DNA of 63,899 nucleotides, filler included. It is 6 parts of 6 records of this genome, joined end to end, with 100 filler letters (N's around TTAATTAATTAA, not from the genome) between each part and the next. Parts side by side here need not be neighbours in the genome. Positions count along the whole stretch, not along the records: positions 1 to 30,709 come from DRR723986_33704; 5 more parts are not named here. One strand, 5' to 3'. Below are positions 18,942-29,681 of the stretch, piece by piece. The notes below the pieces were generated by a model. It was not told the origin of the DNA and ran no database searches. It worked only from the letters and a program-made list of their open reading frames with translations. The translations under genes were made by a program, and so were the position numbers. The first letter of the stretch is position 1; every line of letters begins with the position of its first letter.

Positions 18942-21900
18942 ATGGTATTTGAACGCCTTGCCAGTATAACCTTTCTTTTACTTTTATTTCTAGGCACTTC
19001 ATATGCTCAACAAAAGAGTATAAAATTTGACACCTACACCATTGAAGAAGGCCTATCTCAAAGCCAAGTTACCAGTGTTAGACAGGACAAATTTGGTTAC
19101 ATATGGATAGCAACACAAGACGGACTAAATAGATTTGACGGCTACTCTTTTAATATCCTAAAAAATGAGGCTGACAACCCAAATTCATTGCCAAACAATT
19201 ACGTTCATTTTCTACTTCCAGACAAAGAAAACAACCTTTGGTTTGGAACCAATAGAGGCATTGGACAATTAGACCCGCACAACCAATCTATTAAAAAAAT
19301 AAACAGAAAAGAATACCCTGACTTAAGAGGTTATATTTTTACTCACCTTGCTTTCGACAACACGAACCGTCTTTGGGCATTGTCTGAAAAACATGGTATA
19401 AACGTGATCAATACCGAAAACCATCAGGTTGAAATAATTAATGAAATTAAAGGCACTTCTGTCTTTTCATGTCTTTATGCTGATGAAGAAAGCACCATTT
19501 ATGTTGGCACCAAATATGGACAAATATTTTACTCATCCCCTCCCTACAAAGAATTCCAAGAAGTAGAAAATCTAGACCTTGGATCTCTTGGCGAAATAAA
19601 TCAATTTGTTCAAAAAAGCAAAAACGAAATAATTGTAGCTTCAGAAACTGGTGTCTTTATTTTAAAAAACAGAACCTCTTTAAACACTTTAACCGCTGAC
19701 AATCGATTACGATATAAAAAAGTCAATTGTGTTTATGTTGAAAACGAAAACTCAATTTGGATTGGAACGGCAGAACGCGGATTATACCTTTTAAACATCA
19801 ACGAAAAAGGGGTTAAAAATCTGTATCGATATAACAAAAACCCCTATGATAACTCAAGTATTGTAGATGATAATATCGTTTCAATTTTTGAAGACAACAG
19901 CGGGGTAATATGGGTTGGAACCGAAAAGGGCGTTTCTAAGTTTGACAAGTTTAAACAAGGTTTTACTACCATCTCTTTGAATAATGATCCAGAAGCAGGA
20001 TTAATTGATTATAACGTTTGGTCATTCACAGAAGACAAACAGGGCAACATTTACATTGGAACAAAAAAAGACCTCACGATTTACAAAAAATCAGATAAAA
20101 AATTCCATCATGTTTTTAGAGATGATGATGCTCAACATTACCTACTTAGCATTTATGTTGAGGACACCAACTTAATTTGGTTAGGTTATGATGACGGACT
20201 ATACCGACTGAAAATAAAGGACTTAGAACAAAAAAACTACTCCATTGAAAAAGTCAATTTTTTAAACAAAATTCACAGCTCAAATATTCGGGTTTATGCG
20301 ATTGAACCTGCAGATGAAAATCGTTTATGGATAGGATCTAGATCCGGTCTTTCTATCATTAACAAGCATGACCTGAGTTTTCAATTTTATGAGCATACTG
20401 AGGATGAAAACAGCATAGGTGAAGGGTCTGTTAAGATCGTCTATCGGGATTTATCAAACAAATTATGGGTGGTAACAAGTACTTCAGGCTTATACAATAT
20501 GATTGAAAGAGAAGACAGCACTTTTTATTTTAAGCACTATCCGATCAAAAATTACAACGAAAACAATGGACAAATTACATCTGTTCTACAAACCGAAAAA
20601 GGAAGCCTCTGGCTAGGAACGTATGGTGAGGGCATAAAAAAGCTTAACCTTTCTACCAAAGACATTTTGAGCTACACCGAAGCTGATGGCTTATCCAATA
20701 ATGTGATTTATGGATTGTTAGAAGATGAAGACAAGAACATTTGGACCAGTACTAATAAGGGCTTGTCTAAATTCAATACAAGAACCGAACAATTCACCAC
20801 CTATTCTGTGAAGGACGGACTTCAAAGCAATGAGTTTAACACGAACGCTTATATGAAATCATCTTCCGGACTCTTATATTTTGGTGGGATTAACGGGTAC
20901 AACATATTCGATCCATCTGAAATAAACATTAACCCTAACCCTCCACGAGTTATTGTGTCATCAGTTATTCTATCCACAAAAGGAACGAATAAAAAAGAGC
21001 GAATAGCTCAAAACATTACTTCATCTACAACACTTGAACTGGACTATTACCAAAACGATATTTCGTTTGAATTTGTAGCTACTAACTACTCTAACCCAAG
21101 TAAAAACCGCTTCAAATATATATTAGAAGGCCATGAAGAAAATTTCACTTATCTAGAAAACGAAAACAAAGTTCACTACTTGAATATTCCGCATGGCTCC
21201 TACGAGCTCAAAGTTTATGCTCAGAGTTCAGACGGCCTTTGGTCAGTGAATCCTACAATAATTAAACTGGTTATTACTCCTCCTTTTTGGCTTACCTGGT
21301 GGTTTAGAATTTTAGCAATTCTATTTTTAATTGCCGTTGGTATTTTAATTTATCGAAGAAGAATTGACAAAATCAGAAGACAGAAGGTTAGACTAGAAAT
21401 CGAAGTTGTTAAAAGAACCAGACAGGTTACTGAACAAAGTAAAAAAATTCAGGACCAAAAGAAAAAGGTAGAAATTCAAAAAGCGAAAATTGAACACCAA
21501 CACGAACTACTTGAAAAAGAAAAAGTTAAGGTGGAACAATTACTACTTAACATTTTACCAGAAGGTACAGCAGAAGAGCTAAAGAATAAGGGAAGATCAA
21601 AAGCAAGGTATTATAGAAATGTATCTGTTCTTTTCACTGACTTTGTTGGTTTCTCTAAAATAGCAGAAGACACAAAACCACAAGACTTAGTTCAAGAATT
21701 GGATGGCTATTTTTCGAAATTTGATGAAATCATTGAAAAATATGACCTAGAGAAAATTAAGACCATAGGAGACTCTTATATGTGCGCCGGGGGTGTTCCT
21801 ATTCGAAACAAAAGTAACGCAATAGAAGTTACGCTAGCAGCCCTTGAAATCAACAATTATATCACTGAAAGAGCCGAAGTTGATCCTGACTGTTGGAAGA

Positions 21901-22826
21901 TTAGAATTGGTATCAACACCGGAGAAGTTATTGCCGGCGTTATTGGCTTAAAACGATTTGCTTATGATATATGGGGCGCATCCGTAAACCAAGCCCAACG
22001 AATGGAGATGCATGCCCAGCCTGGAATAGTAAACGTATCTGGAAATACCTATGAGTACATTGCACCTTATTTTGATTGTGTATATAGAGGCAAGATTCAA
22101 ACGAAGCATAAAGGGATGTTGGACATGTACAGTGTCCGTGGAATAAAGCCAGAACTTTCAGAAGACGAAACAGGTCTTCATCCAAATAAAAAATTCTGGA
22201 AAATTGTTGACTTGCACCTATATAGTTCCATTAATTACATGAAGGCTGAGCGACACATCATGAAAATTTTGGAAAACCAATTGTCTCCGAAACTACTCTA
22301 TCATAGCATTAACCACACGGTAGATGTGACGAAAGCCGTTGAACGACTTGCAATCATGGAAGGCATTACTGATGAAGACCTCTTTTTACTGAAATCTGCG
22401 GCTACTTATCATGATGCAGGCTTCATTGAAAAATATGAGAAGAATGAAGAAATTGGGATGAGACTTGCCCGTGAGATTCTGCCTAAATACGGATATACCG
22501 AGGATCAAATTGATATTATAGACGGCCTTATTAAATCTACCGAAATACCTCAAAGCCCTACCACCAAGTTGCAACAAATTATGTGTGACGCCGACTTAGA
22601 CTATTTAGGTCGTGATGATTTTCATGCGATTGCAGATTTGCTAAGAAGGGAGCTTCGTGAGCATGGAAAATTAGATAGTGATCGCGCTTGGGATGAAATT
22701 CAAGTAAAATTCTTAGAACAACATACCTACTTTACTGAAAGTGCAATTAAGCTACGTCATGAAAAGAAGCTTGCACACATTCAAGAAATAAAAGATAAGC
22801 TAACTACCTACGACTATAAAGATTAA
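18942..22826 (+). CDS. Beta-propeller/Y_Y_Y receptor with class III adenylate cyclase and C-terminal HD domain
   Basis: Regulator-propeller repeats (GLSQSQV, WIATQDGLNRFDG, DGLQSNEFN), Y_Y_Y, PPFWLTWWF TM, cyclase (VLFTDFVGF, KIKTIGDSYM, AYDIWG, VNQAQRME), HD domain (YHSINHTVDV, YHDAG, CDADL). Confidence 0.9.
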   Translation: MVFERLASITFLLLLFLGTSYAQQKSIKFDTYTIEEGLSQSQVTSVRQDKFGYIWIATQDGLNRFDGYSFNILKNEADNPNSLPNNYVHFLLPDKENNLWFGTNRGIGQLDPHNQSIKKINRKEYPDLRGYIFTHLAFDNTNRLWALSEKHGINVINTENHQVEIINEIKGTSVFSCLYADEESTIYVGTKYGQIFYSSPPYKEFQEVENLDLGSLGEINQFVQKSKNEIIVASETGVFILKNRTSLNTLTADNRLRYKKVNCVYVENENSIWIGTAERGLYLLNINEKGVKNLYRYNKNPYDNSSIVDDNIVSIFEDNSGVIWVGTEKGVSKFDKFKQGFTTISLNNDPEAGLIDYNVWSFTEDKQGNIYIGTKKDLTIYKKSDKKFHHVFRDDDAQHYLLSIYVEDTNLIWLGYDDGLYRLKIKDLEQKNYSIEKVNFLNKIHSSNIRVYAIEPADENRLWIGSRSGLSIINKHDLSFQFYEHTEDENSIGEGSVKIVYRDLSNKLWVVTSTSGLYNMIEREDSTFYFKHYPIKNYNENNGQITSVLQTEKGSLWLGTYGEGIKKLNLSTKDILSYTEADGLSNNVIYGLLEDEDKNIWTSTNKGLSKFNTRTEQFTTYSVKDGLQSNEFNTNAYMKSSSGLLYFGGINGYNIFDPSEININPNPPRVIVSSVILSTKGTNKKERIAQNITSSTTLELDYYQNDISFEFVATNYSNPSKNRFKYILEGHEENFTYLENENKVHYLNIPHGSYELKVYAQSSDGLWSVNPTIIKLVITPPFWLTWWFRILAILFLIAVGILIYRRRIDKIRRQKVRLEIEVVKRTRQVTEQSKKIQDQKKKVEIQKAKIEHQHELLEKEKVKVEQLLLNILPEGTAEELKNKGRSKARYYRNVSVLFTDFVGFSKIAEDTKPQDLVQELDGYFSKFDEIIEKYDLEKIKTIGDSYMCAGGVPIRNKSNAIEVTLAALEINNYITERAEVDPDCWKIRIGINTGEVIAGVIGLKRFAYDIWGASVNQAQRMEMHAQPGIVNVSGNTYEYIAPYFDCVYRGKIQTKHKGMLDMYSVRGIKPELSEDETGLHPNKKFWKIVDLHLYSSINYMKAERHIMKILENQLSPKLLYHSINHTVDVTKAVERLAIMEGITDEDLFLLKSAATYHDAGFIEKYEKNEEIGMRLAREILPKYGYTEDQIDIIDGLIKSTEIPQSPTTKLQQIMCDADLDYLGRDDFHAIADLLRRELREHGKLDSDRAWDEIQVKFLEQHTYFTESAIKLRHEKKLAHIQEIKDKLTTYDYKD

Positions 22827-23230
22827 GGCTTTTTCTTAATGGTAATTTCACGCTTAGCTAACTGTGTAGCTGGCACTCCCTTTAACCCAAAAACCTTCAA
22901 GACTCTAGTCTTCTTGTTCACAGTAATATTGAAATCAAAATCAATTGAAATGCTGTTTGAAATGCTAACAAGCATTGAAACTTCGTCTTTAACTTGGTCA
23001 ACTTCACTATAGGTTCCTGTAAAACCAAGTCTTCCGCATTGATAATGAACTACACCTGGAGTCAATTTAATGGATAATTTATATGCGCTTGCTGTGTGTA
23101 CCTTATTGTTGTCTTCAAACTCAAAGCTTGGCACCATGGCATCATACTGCCCGAAACAAAACTTAGGTAAATCGTTTGAATAAACGTTAATTGCTAAAAA
23201 AGCGACTACAAATAATAGACTTTTATACAT
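22823..23230 (-). CDS. Secreted hypothetical protein
   Basis: ATG 23230 gives a clean signal peptide (MYKSLLFVVAFLAINVYS); the longer start extends toward the thyA promoter region. Confidence 0.55.
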   Translation of the reverse strand: MYKSLLFVVAFLAINVYSNDLPKFCFGQYDAMVPSFEFEDNNKVHTASAYKLSIKLTPGVVHYQCGRLGFTGTYSEVDQVKDEVSMLVSISNSISIDFDFNITVNKKTRVLKVFGLKGVPATQLAKREITIKKKP

Positions 23231-23386
23231 GATAATCAGGTCTTTGTGTAGACCAAAGCTAATTGGTATTTGAATAAATCCAAAAGATATGTTGAAAAAC
23301 TTTTCCTTTTGTGTAAACATTGACCGATTTTCAAGAAGCTGTTCAAATATCAAATCCGTAATTTTATAAGATTAAATCAACTGAAG

Positions 23387-24211
23387 ATGAAAGCATACTT
23401 AGATCTGCTAAAACACATAAAAGAAAACGGTTCGCAAAAGGGTGACAGAACTGGAACTGGAACCAAGTCTGTATTTGGATATCAAATGAGATTTGATTTG
23501 CAAGAAGGGTTTCCAATGGTGACCACAAAAAAACTACACCTTAAATCCATCATTTATGAATTGTTGTGGTTCATAAAGGGAGATACAAACGTGAAGTACC
23601 TCAGTGATAACGGGGTAAGAATCTGGAATGAGTGGGCCAATGAAAACGGAGATTTAGGCCCGGTTTATGGGGCACAATGGCGTAACTGGAATAATGAAGG
23701 GATTGATCAACTGAAAAACGTTATTGACCAAATCAAAACCAATCCAAATAGCAGAAGGTTAATGGTTTCTGCATGGAATCCATCTGTAATGCCGGACACC
23801 AGCGTCTCATTTGAAGAAAATGTTGCTAATGGAAAAGCGGCGTTACCTCCTTGTCATGCGTTTTTCCAATTTTACGTGACAGATGGCAAACTGTCTTGTC
23901 AACTGTACCAAAGAAGCGCAGATGTTTTTCTTGGCGTGCCGTTCAACATTGCTTCATATGCTTTATTAACTATGATGGTAGCGCAAGTATGTGATCTAGA
24001 ATATGGCGATTTCATCCATTCTTTTGGGGATGTTCATTTATACAACAATCATTTTGAACAAGCTGATTTACAACTCACTAGAGAGCCTTTGCCTTTACCT
24101 CAAATGAAGATGAATCCAGACATTAAAGATATTGAAGCATTTACTTTTGAGGATTTTGAACTCGTCAACTATCAACATCACGAGCATATAAAAGCTGCTG
24201 TTTCAATTTAA
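23387..24211 (+). CDS. thyA: Thymidylate synthase
   Basis: [27 protein letters not shown]. Confidence 0.98.
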   Translation: MKAYLDLLKHIKENGSQKGDRTGTGTKSVFGYQMRFDLQEGFPMVTTKKLHLKSIIYELLWFIKGDTNVKYLSDNGVRIWNEWANENGDLGPVYGAQWRNWNNEGIDQLKNVIDQIKTNPNSRRLMVSAWNPSVMPDTSVSFEENVANGKAALPPCHAFFQFYVTDGKLSCQLYQRSADVFLGVPFNIASYALLTMMVAQVCDLEYGDFIHSFGDVHLYNNHFEQADLQLTREPLPLPQMKMNPDIKDIEAFTFEDFELVNYQHHEHIKAAVSI

Positions 24212-24212
24212 T

Positions 24213-24716
24213 ATGGTAAAATTAATCGTAGCAATTTCTAGCAATCGAGCTATTGGCAAAGACAATGACCTTATTTGGCATTTACCTGCCGACATGAAAT
24301 TCTTTTCAGAAACAACTAAAGGATCTATTGTGCTGATGGGCAGAAGAAATTGGGAAAGTATTCCGGCTAAATATCGGCCTTTGCCTAATCGTCACAACCT
24401 CGTTGTTACACGTGACACTACTTTTAATGCAGCAGGATGTGACGTTTTTCATGACGTTGAATCGGCAATAGAGCACTATGCCAATGATACTAGAGAATTA
24501 TATGTAATTGGAGGGGGTCAAATCTATCAATATTGTTTAGACAATGACTTAATCCAAGAAATGCTGATTACTCATATCCATGCTGAATTTGAGGCAGATA
24601 CTTTTTTCCCTGAAATTCATGAAGACCAGTGGGCGATTGAGACGATTCAAACATTTAAAAAGGATGATAAAAATCCTTATGATTTCACTATCAAAAAATA
24701 CACGAAAACTTCATAA
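24213..24716 (+). CDS. folA: Dihydrofolate reductase
   Basis: IGKDNDLIWHLPADM, MGRR, RPLPNR, VIGGG, ADTFFP; follows thyA. Confidence 0.96.
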   Translation: MVKLIVAISSNRAIGKDNDLIWHLPADMKFFSETTKGSIVLMGRRNWESIPAKYRPLPNRHNLVVTRDTTFNAAGCDVFHDVESAIEHYANDTRELYVIGGGQIYQYCLDNDLIQEMLITHIHAEFEADTFFPEIHEDQWAIETIQTFKKDDKNPYDFTIKKYTKTS

Positions 24717-24718
24717 AA

Positions 24719-26815
24719 ATGAAACTGTGTATAGCCGAAAAACCTTCTGTAGCTAAAGAAATTGCATCCATTGTTGGGGCTAGCAACAAAAAAGACGGCT
24801 ACTTTGAAGGAAACGGTTATTGGGTGTCGTGGACCTTTGGACATTTGTGCACACTCAAAGAACCTCATGATTATACGAGCATCTGGAAGTGGTGGAATTT
24901 AGCAACGCTACCAATGATACCGACAAAGTTCAGTATCAAAGTAATGGAGAATCAGGGTGTTCAGAAACAGTTTAGAACCATTGAAAATCTTGTTCAACGC
25001 TGCTCTGAAGTGATCAATTGCGGGGATGCCGGCCAAGAAGGAGAACTCATTCAACAATGGGTTTTGTTGAAGGCTAAAAATGATAAACCTGTAAAAAGGC
25101 TATGGATTTCGTCACTGACTGAAGAAGCAATTCAGGAAGGATTTAAAAACCTGAAAGACGGCAAAGACTTTAAGAACCTCTATGCTGCAGGTAGCTCTAG
25201 AGCCATTGGAGATTGGCTGTTAGGCATGAACGCCACACGTTTGTATACTTTAAAATTTGGTGCCGAGCGACAAGTGTTATCAATTGGCAGGGTACAAACG
25301 CCGACACTCGCCATGATTGTTGAAAGACAATTGAGTATTGACAATTTTAAATCAGAAAAATATTGGGAGCTCAAAACAACTTATCGAGACGTTTTATTCT
25401 CAAGTACAATTGGCAAATTAAAATCCAAAGAAAAGGCGAATGCGGCAATAGAATATATAAAAGACAAGCCCTTCAAAGTAGAGTCGTACGAACAAAAAGA
25501 AGGCAAAGAACAACCACCAAGGCTATTTGATTTAACATCCATTCAAGTAGAAGCCAATAACAAATTCGCACTTTCTGCTGATCATACCCTTAAGCTGGTT
25601 CAGTCATTATACGAAAAGAAGCTAGTTACTTATCCTAGAGTAGATACGACATTTCTATCTGAAGATATTTACCCTAAAGTTCCAAAAATACTAGCGGGAC
25701 TTACTTATTTTTCTAAGTTAACTGAGCCTTTAAAAGGCAAGCCTCTTAGAAAATCCAAAAAAGTATTTGATGATAAAAAAGTAACAGATCACCACGCCAT
25801 TATTCCTACCGGTATTAGCCCATCAGGAATAACACCTGACGAGCAAAACATCTACAACACCATTGTAAAACGCTTTATTTCAGTGTTTTATCCTGATTGT
25901 AAAGTATCTAATACCACGGTTTTAGGGAGCGTTGAGAAAGTAGAATTCAAGGCAACAGGAAAACAAATAATAGAGCCTGGATGGCGTGTAGTGTATACAG
26001 GTGAATCTGAAGACTCAAGCAAAAACTCTGATGAAAACCTAATGCCTTCTTTCGAAGAAGGCGAAACAGGAGAACATACACCAGAAATTCAAGAAAAAGA
26101 TACGCGACCACCAAAACATTTCACTGAGGCAACACTGCTTCGAGCTATGGAAACAGCTGGTAAACAGGTAGATGACGAAGAACTGCGCGAAGCAATGAAA
26201 GAGAATGGAATAGGAAGACCCTCTACTCGAGCAAACATCATTGAAACACTTTTCAGAAGAAAGTATATCGTCAAACAAAAAAAGAACATCCATGCTACTG
26301 TCACTGGCATTGATCTTATCGGCACCATAAAATCAGACCTATTAAAATCAGCCGAACTTACCGGTCAATGGGAGCATAAATTACGGTTAATTGAAAAAGG
26401 CGAATACAGTGTCACTGAATTCAAAAAGGAGTTGATTCAAATGGTAGTTGACATCACTAATAACGTGAAATTTGCTGAAGATAAGACCATTGCGGTTGCT
26501 ACAGAAAAAACCAAAACCGCAGCAAAAAAGGAAAAGAAAGATCTCACTATTGAAGATTCCACTTGCCCTAAATGTAAAGCAGGCAATATATTGAAAGGCC
26601 AAAAAGCTTACGGCTGTTCCGAGTATAAAAACGGCTGCGACTTTAAAATTCCATTCAGTTTTTTATCAAAAAAACTAACTGACAAACAACTACATGACCT
26701 TTTAAACAAAGGCAGAACAACAAAAATTAAGGGTTTCATCATGCCGGGATCTGCTGATAAAAAAGATGGAAAATTAGCATTCACCGAAGACTTTAATATC
26801 GAACTAAAAGAGTGA
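24719..26815 (+). CDS. topB: DNA topoisomerase III
   Basis: IAEKPS, DAGQEGE, GRVQTPTL, catalytic TYPR, GIGRPSTRA, C-terminal Zn ribbon. Confidence 0.93.
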   Translation: MKLCIAEKPSVAKEIASIVGASNKKDGYFEGNGYWVSWTFGHLCTLKEPHDYTSIWKWWNLATLPMIPTKFSIKVMENQGVQKQFRTIENLVQRCSEVINCGDAGQEGELIQQWVLLKAKNDKPVKRLWISSLTEEAIQEGFKNLKDGKDFKNLYAAGSSRAIGDWLLGMNATRLYTLKFGAERQVLSIGRVQTPTLAMIVERQLSIDNFKSEKYWELKTTYRDVLFSSTIGKLKSKEKANAAIEYIKDKPFKVESYEQKEGKEQPPRLFDLTSIQVEANNKFALSADHTLKLVQSLYEKKLVTYPRVDTTFLSEDIYPKVPKILAGLTYFSKLTEPLKGKPLRKSKKVFDDKKVTDHHAIIPTGISPSGITPDEQNIYNTIVKRFISVFYPDCKVSNTTVLGSVEKVEFKATGKQIIEPGWRVVYTGESEDSSKNSDENLMPSFEEGETGEHTPEIQEKDTRPPKHFTEATLLRAMETAGKQVDDEELREAMKENGIGRPSTRANIIETLFRRKYIVKQKKNIHATVTGIDLIGTIKSDLLKSAELTGQWEHKLRLIEKGEYSVTEFKKELIQMVVDITNNVKFAEDKTIAVATEKTKTAAKKEKKDLTIEDSTCPKCKAGNILKGQKAYGCSEYKNGCDFKIPFSFLSKKLTDKQLHDLLNKGRTTKIKGFIMPGSADKKDGKLAFTEDFNIELKE

Positions 26816-27519
26816 ACCTGGCGAAAAACATATCCTTATTAATGCTATTTTTTACTATAAATTCTGCGCTCTATAGTCAAAAAGATTCTTCATCTTCAAA
26901 GATTACCTATTTTCCAAAATCTATTGGAGAGAAAAACTGGAAGGTTTTAGTGAGCTTAGACGCACGAAGGTCATTTTATGACAGAACCTTTGTCAAGGTG
27001 AATGGCTTGCGCTTAGGAGCGACATTTAGAGGTGTACATAACTTTGGTAATGGGTTTTATTGGTTAAATAAAAGCGCCGTATTTAAAGATGTACTAGAAG
27101 ATAAACCTGATCAGGATTTAGAAAACCCTGAAATACACTACACATTAGGATACACTTCGATATTTTACGAGAGGGTTTTCATCAAAACCAGGTGGTGGGA
27201 AGTTGATTTTCCACTTCATTTAGCTGCGGGCCGAGTTACTGGCACCTATAAAGATACTGCCGGAGTACAACTGCCTTTTGCAGATCGCCCTTTCAGTGCC
27301 ATTATTCCTTCAGGACAAGCAAAATTTTATCCGTTCACATGGTTATCAGTTCGCGGATCATTTGGATATCGACTCGTTTTTAATACCGTACCGGAAGTGA
27401 AAGAAACTTTTAGAACAGTCTTTTTTGGATATGGACTTTCACTTAATCCGGTTGAATTGTATAAATCAGTTTTCAAGAAAAAGAAAAAATCAGAAACTGA
27501 AAACGAACAGGTCGAATAA
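26812..27519 (+). CDS. Hypothetical outer-membrane beta-barrel protein
   Basis: Signal peptide and aromatic amphipathic strands; overlaps the topB stop. Confidence 0.55.
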   Translation: MNLAKNISLLMLFFTINSALYSQKDSSSSKITYFPKSIGEKNWKVLVSLDARRSFYDRTFVKVNGLRLGATFRGVHNFGNGFYWLNKSAVFKDVLEDKPDQDLENPEIHYTLGYTSIFYERVFIKTRWWEVDFPLHLAAGRVTGTYKDTAGVQLPFADRPFSAIIPSGQAKFYPFTWLSVRGSFGYRLVFNTVPEVKETFRTVFFGYGLSLNPVELYKSVFKKKKKSETENEQVE

Positions 27520-27771
27520 ATTTTTCGACAGCCGTCAAAACGTAATCCAATACGGCCTAAGAATGATAGTTTTAACACAAGCCCTCACAAAACCAATCAA
27601 CAGGCTGATTATCAACATTTTATATTGATTTTGACTCCGAAAATTCACGTCTCTTCTAATGGTGTTTCTCAGAAAAAATGACATAACACCTTAAGCAAAC
27701 AACAAAAGTGTCGCAAATCGGCTTAAAATAAATTTTAGCCATAAAAGAATAAAAATTTAGGACCAAAAGCG

Positions 27772-29646
27772 CTATCTACCAAGATAAACCAATAGCACTG
27801 ATATATCTGAAGGAGACACACCTGAAATTCTACTTGCCTGACCAATTGTCACCGGCTGAATCGCAGTTAACTTTTCAACTGCTTCAGCAGACAAAGACGA
27901 TAAGGTAGAAAAATCTGTTTGGGGTGGAATTTTCACATCTTCCAAACGATTCATCTTAATAGCATTATCCTGTTCACGTGAAATATAGCCTTCATATTTA
28001 ATTTGAATTTCAGCCTGGACTAGTGCATCAAAATTATCTTCTAGTACTTCATTTATCTTTCCATCTAAAAAGGACGAACAAGATCTCAAATCATCAAGCG
28101 AAATATGAGGACGCAACAACAAAGAGTTTGCTTTTACTTTCTGTTTAATGGTAGAAGAATTCTTTTCCTTCAATAATTCATTCACTTCATCTGGACTAAC
28201 GCTTGTCTTTTTTAGAATCGATTTAATCGCATTTGTAATACGAATTTTATTTTCTACCAATTGCAATTGATCTTTATCTGCCAAGCCAATTTTATGGGAC
28301 AAAGGTGTTAATCTTAAATCCGCATTATCCTGACGTAACAAAATTCTAAACTCAGCCCTTGATGTGAACATACGGTAAGGTTCTTTCGTTCCTTTTGTAA
28401 TTAAGTCATCTATCAATACACCGATATAAGCATCAGAACGACTTAATATAAACGGCTCTTTATTGTTGAGTTTAAGATGGGCATTTATTCCCGCCATTAA
28501 ACCTTGCGAAGCCGCTTCTTCGTATCCAGTTGTTCCATTAATCTGTCCAGCAAAAAACAAATTCTCAACCAGTTTAGTTTCTAATGAATGTGACAATTGA
28601 GTAGGGGGAAAATAATCATACTCGATAGCATAGCCAGGCCTAAACATTTTTACATCTTCAAAACCTGGAATGGTTTTTAAAGCTGCGTATTGAACCTCTT
28701 CGGGCAAGGAAGTAGAAAATCCATTCACATAAACTTCAACTGTATTCCACCCTTCTGGTTCAACAAATATTTGATGACGATCACGTTCGGCAAAACGATT
28801 TATTTTATCTTCAATTGATGGACAATATCTTGGCCCAACGCTTTTAATTGCACCGTTAAACATTGGAGAACGATCAAAGCCTGACTTTAAAATTTCATGT
28901 GTTTTTTCGTTCGTATACGTAATGTAGCAACTCCTTTGTTTTGGCAACGGTTGTGTCTCGTTTGTATAAGAAAACTTATTTGGCATTTCATCACCTGGCT
29001 GTTCTTCCATTTTAGAATAGTCCAAAGACCTGCCATCTACTCTTGGAGGTGTCCCTGTTTTCATTCGACCTGATTCAAAACCCAAGTCAACCAGTTGCTC
29101 AGTTATGCCATAACTTGCCCCTTCACCGGATCGTCCTCCTCTAAAATTTTTCTCCCCTAAATGAATCAAACCATTCAAAAAAGTGCCGTTGGTCAAAACC
29201 ACTGCGTCACTTTTTACTTCCATTCCGATCACGGTTTTCACTCCGTAAACTTTTCCATCCTTCACCAACAATCCGTTAACCATATCTTGCCAAAAATGAA
29301 CGTTCGGCGTTCTTTCTAATTGCAACCTCCACTCCTCAGCAAACATCATTCTGTCATTTTGTGTTCTAGGCGACCACATTGCAGGACCTTTTGACAAGTT
29401 CAACATTTTGAATTGAATTGCAGACTTGTCGGTGACTTTTCCTGAACCACCGCCAAGCGCATCAATTTCGCGAACAATTTGCCCTTTAGCCACACCACCC
29501 ATTGCAGGATTGCATGACATCTGCGCAATGTTTTGCAAATTCATTGTGACCAACAACACGCTTGAACCCATCTTTGCAGCAGAATAGGCTGCTTCGCATC
29601 CAGCGTGTCCGCCACCCACCACGATTATGTCATATTTTGGCAACAT
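27772..29646 (-). CDS. mnmG: tRNA U34 5-carboxymethylaminomethyl modification enzyme MnmG (GidA)
   Basis: GGGHAGCEAA, MSCNPAMGG, KTGTPPR, GPRYCPSIEDK, AGQINGTTGYEEAA. Confidence 0.98.
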   Translation of the reverse strand: MLPKYDIIVVGGGHAGCEAAYSAAKMGSSVLLVTMNLQNIAQMSCNPAMGGVAKGQIVREIDALGGGSGKVTDKSAIQFKMLNLSKGPAMWSPRTQNDRMMFAEEWRLQLERTPNVHFWQDMVNGLLVKDGKVYGVKTVIGMEVKSDAVVLTNGTFLNGLIHLGEKNFRGGRSGEGASYGITEQLVDLGFESGRMKTGTPPRVDGRSLDYSKMEEQPGDEMPNKFSYTNETQPLPKQRSCYITYTNEKTHEILKSGFDRSPMFNGAIKSVGPRYCPSIEDKINRFAERDRHQIFVEPEGWNTVEVYVNGFSTSLPEEVQYAALKTIPGFEDVKMFRPGYAIEYDYFPPTQLSHSLETKLVENLFFAGQINGTTGYEEAASQGLMAGINAHLKLNNKEPFILSRSDAYIGVLIDDLITKGTKEPYRMFTSRAEFRILLRQDNADLRLTPLSHKIGLADKDQLQLVENKIRITNAIKSILKKTSVSPDEVNELLKEKNSSTIKQKVKANSLLLRPHISLDDLRSCSSFLDGKINEVLEDNFDALVQAEIQIKYEGYISREQDNAIKMNRLEDVKIPPQTDFSTLSSLSAEAVEKLTAIQPVTIGQASRISGVSPSDISVLLVYLGR

Positions 29647-29655
29647 ATGCTTACT

Positions 29656-29671
29656 TGTTTCACGTGAAACA
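29656..29671. promoter_or_regulatory. parS site (ParB binding)
   Basis: Perfect palindrome TGTTTCACGTGAAACA, the canonical parS consensus. Confidence 0.9.
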
Positions 29672-29681
29672 TCCTGACGAA

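Noticed and set aside
18942-22826. Pycsar/CBASS-type anti-phage cyclase
   Set aside because: The cyclase has adenine-specifying residues and a large periplasmic sensor, and there is no adjacent TIR or TM effector; it fits signal transduction.
27520-27771. oriC downstream of mnmG
   Set aside because: Only one near-match DnaA box (TTATCAACA, 27609-27617), no box cluster, and no visible strand-skew switch.
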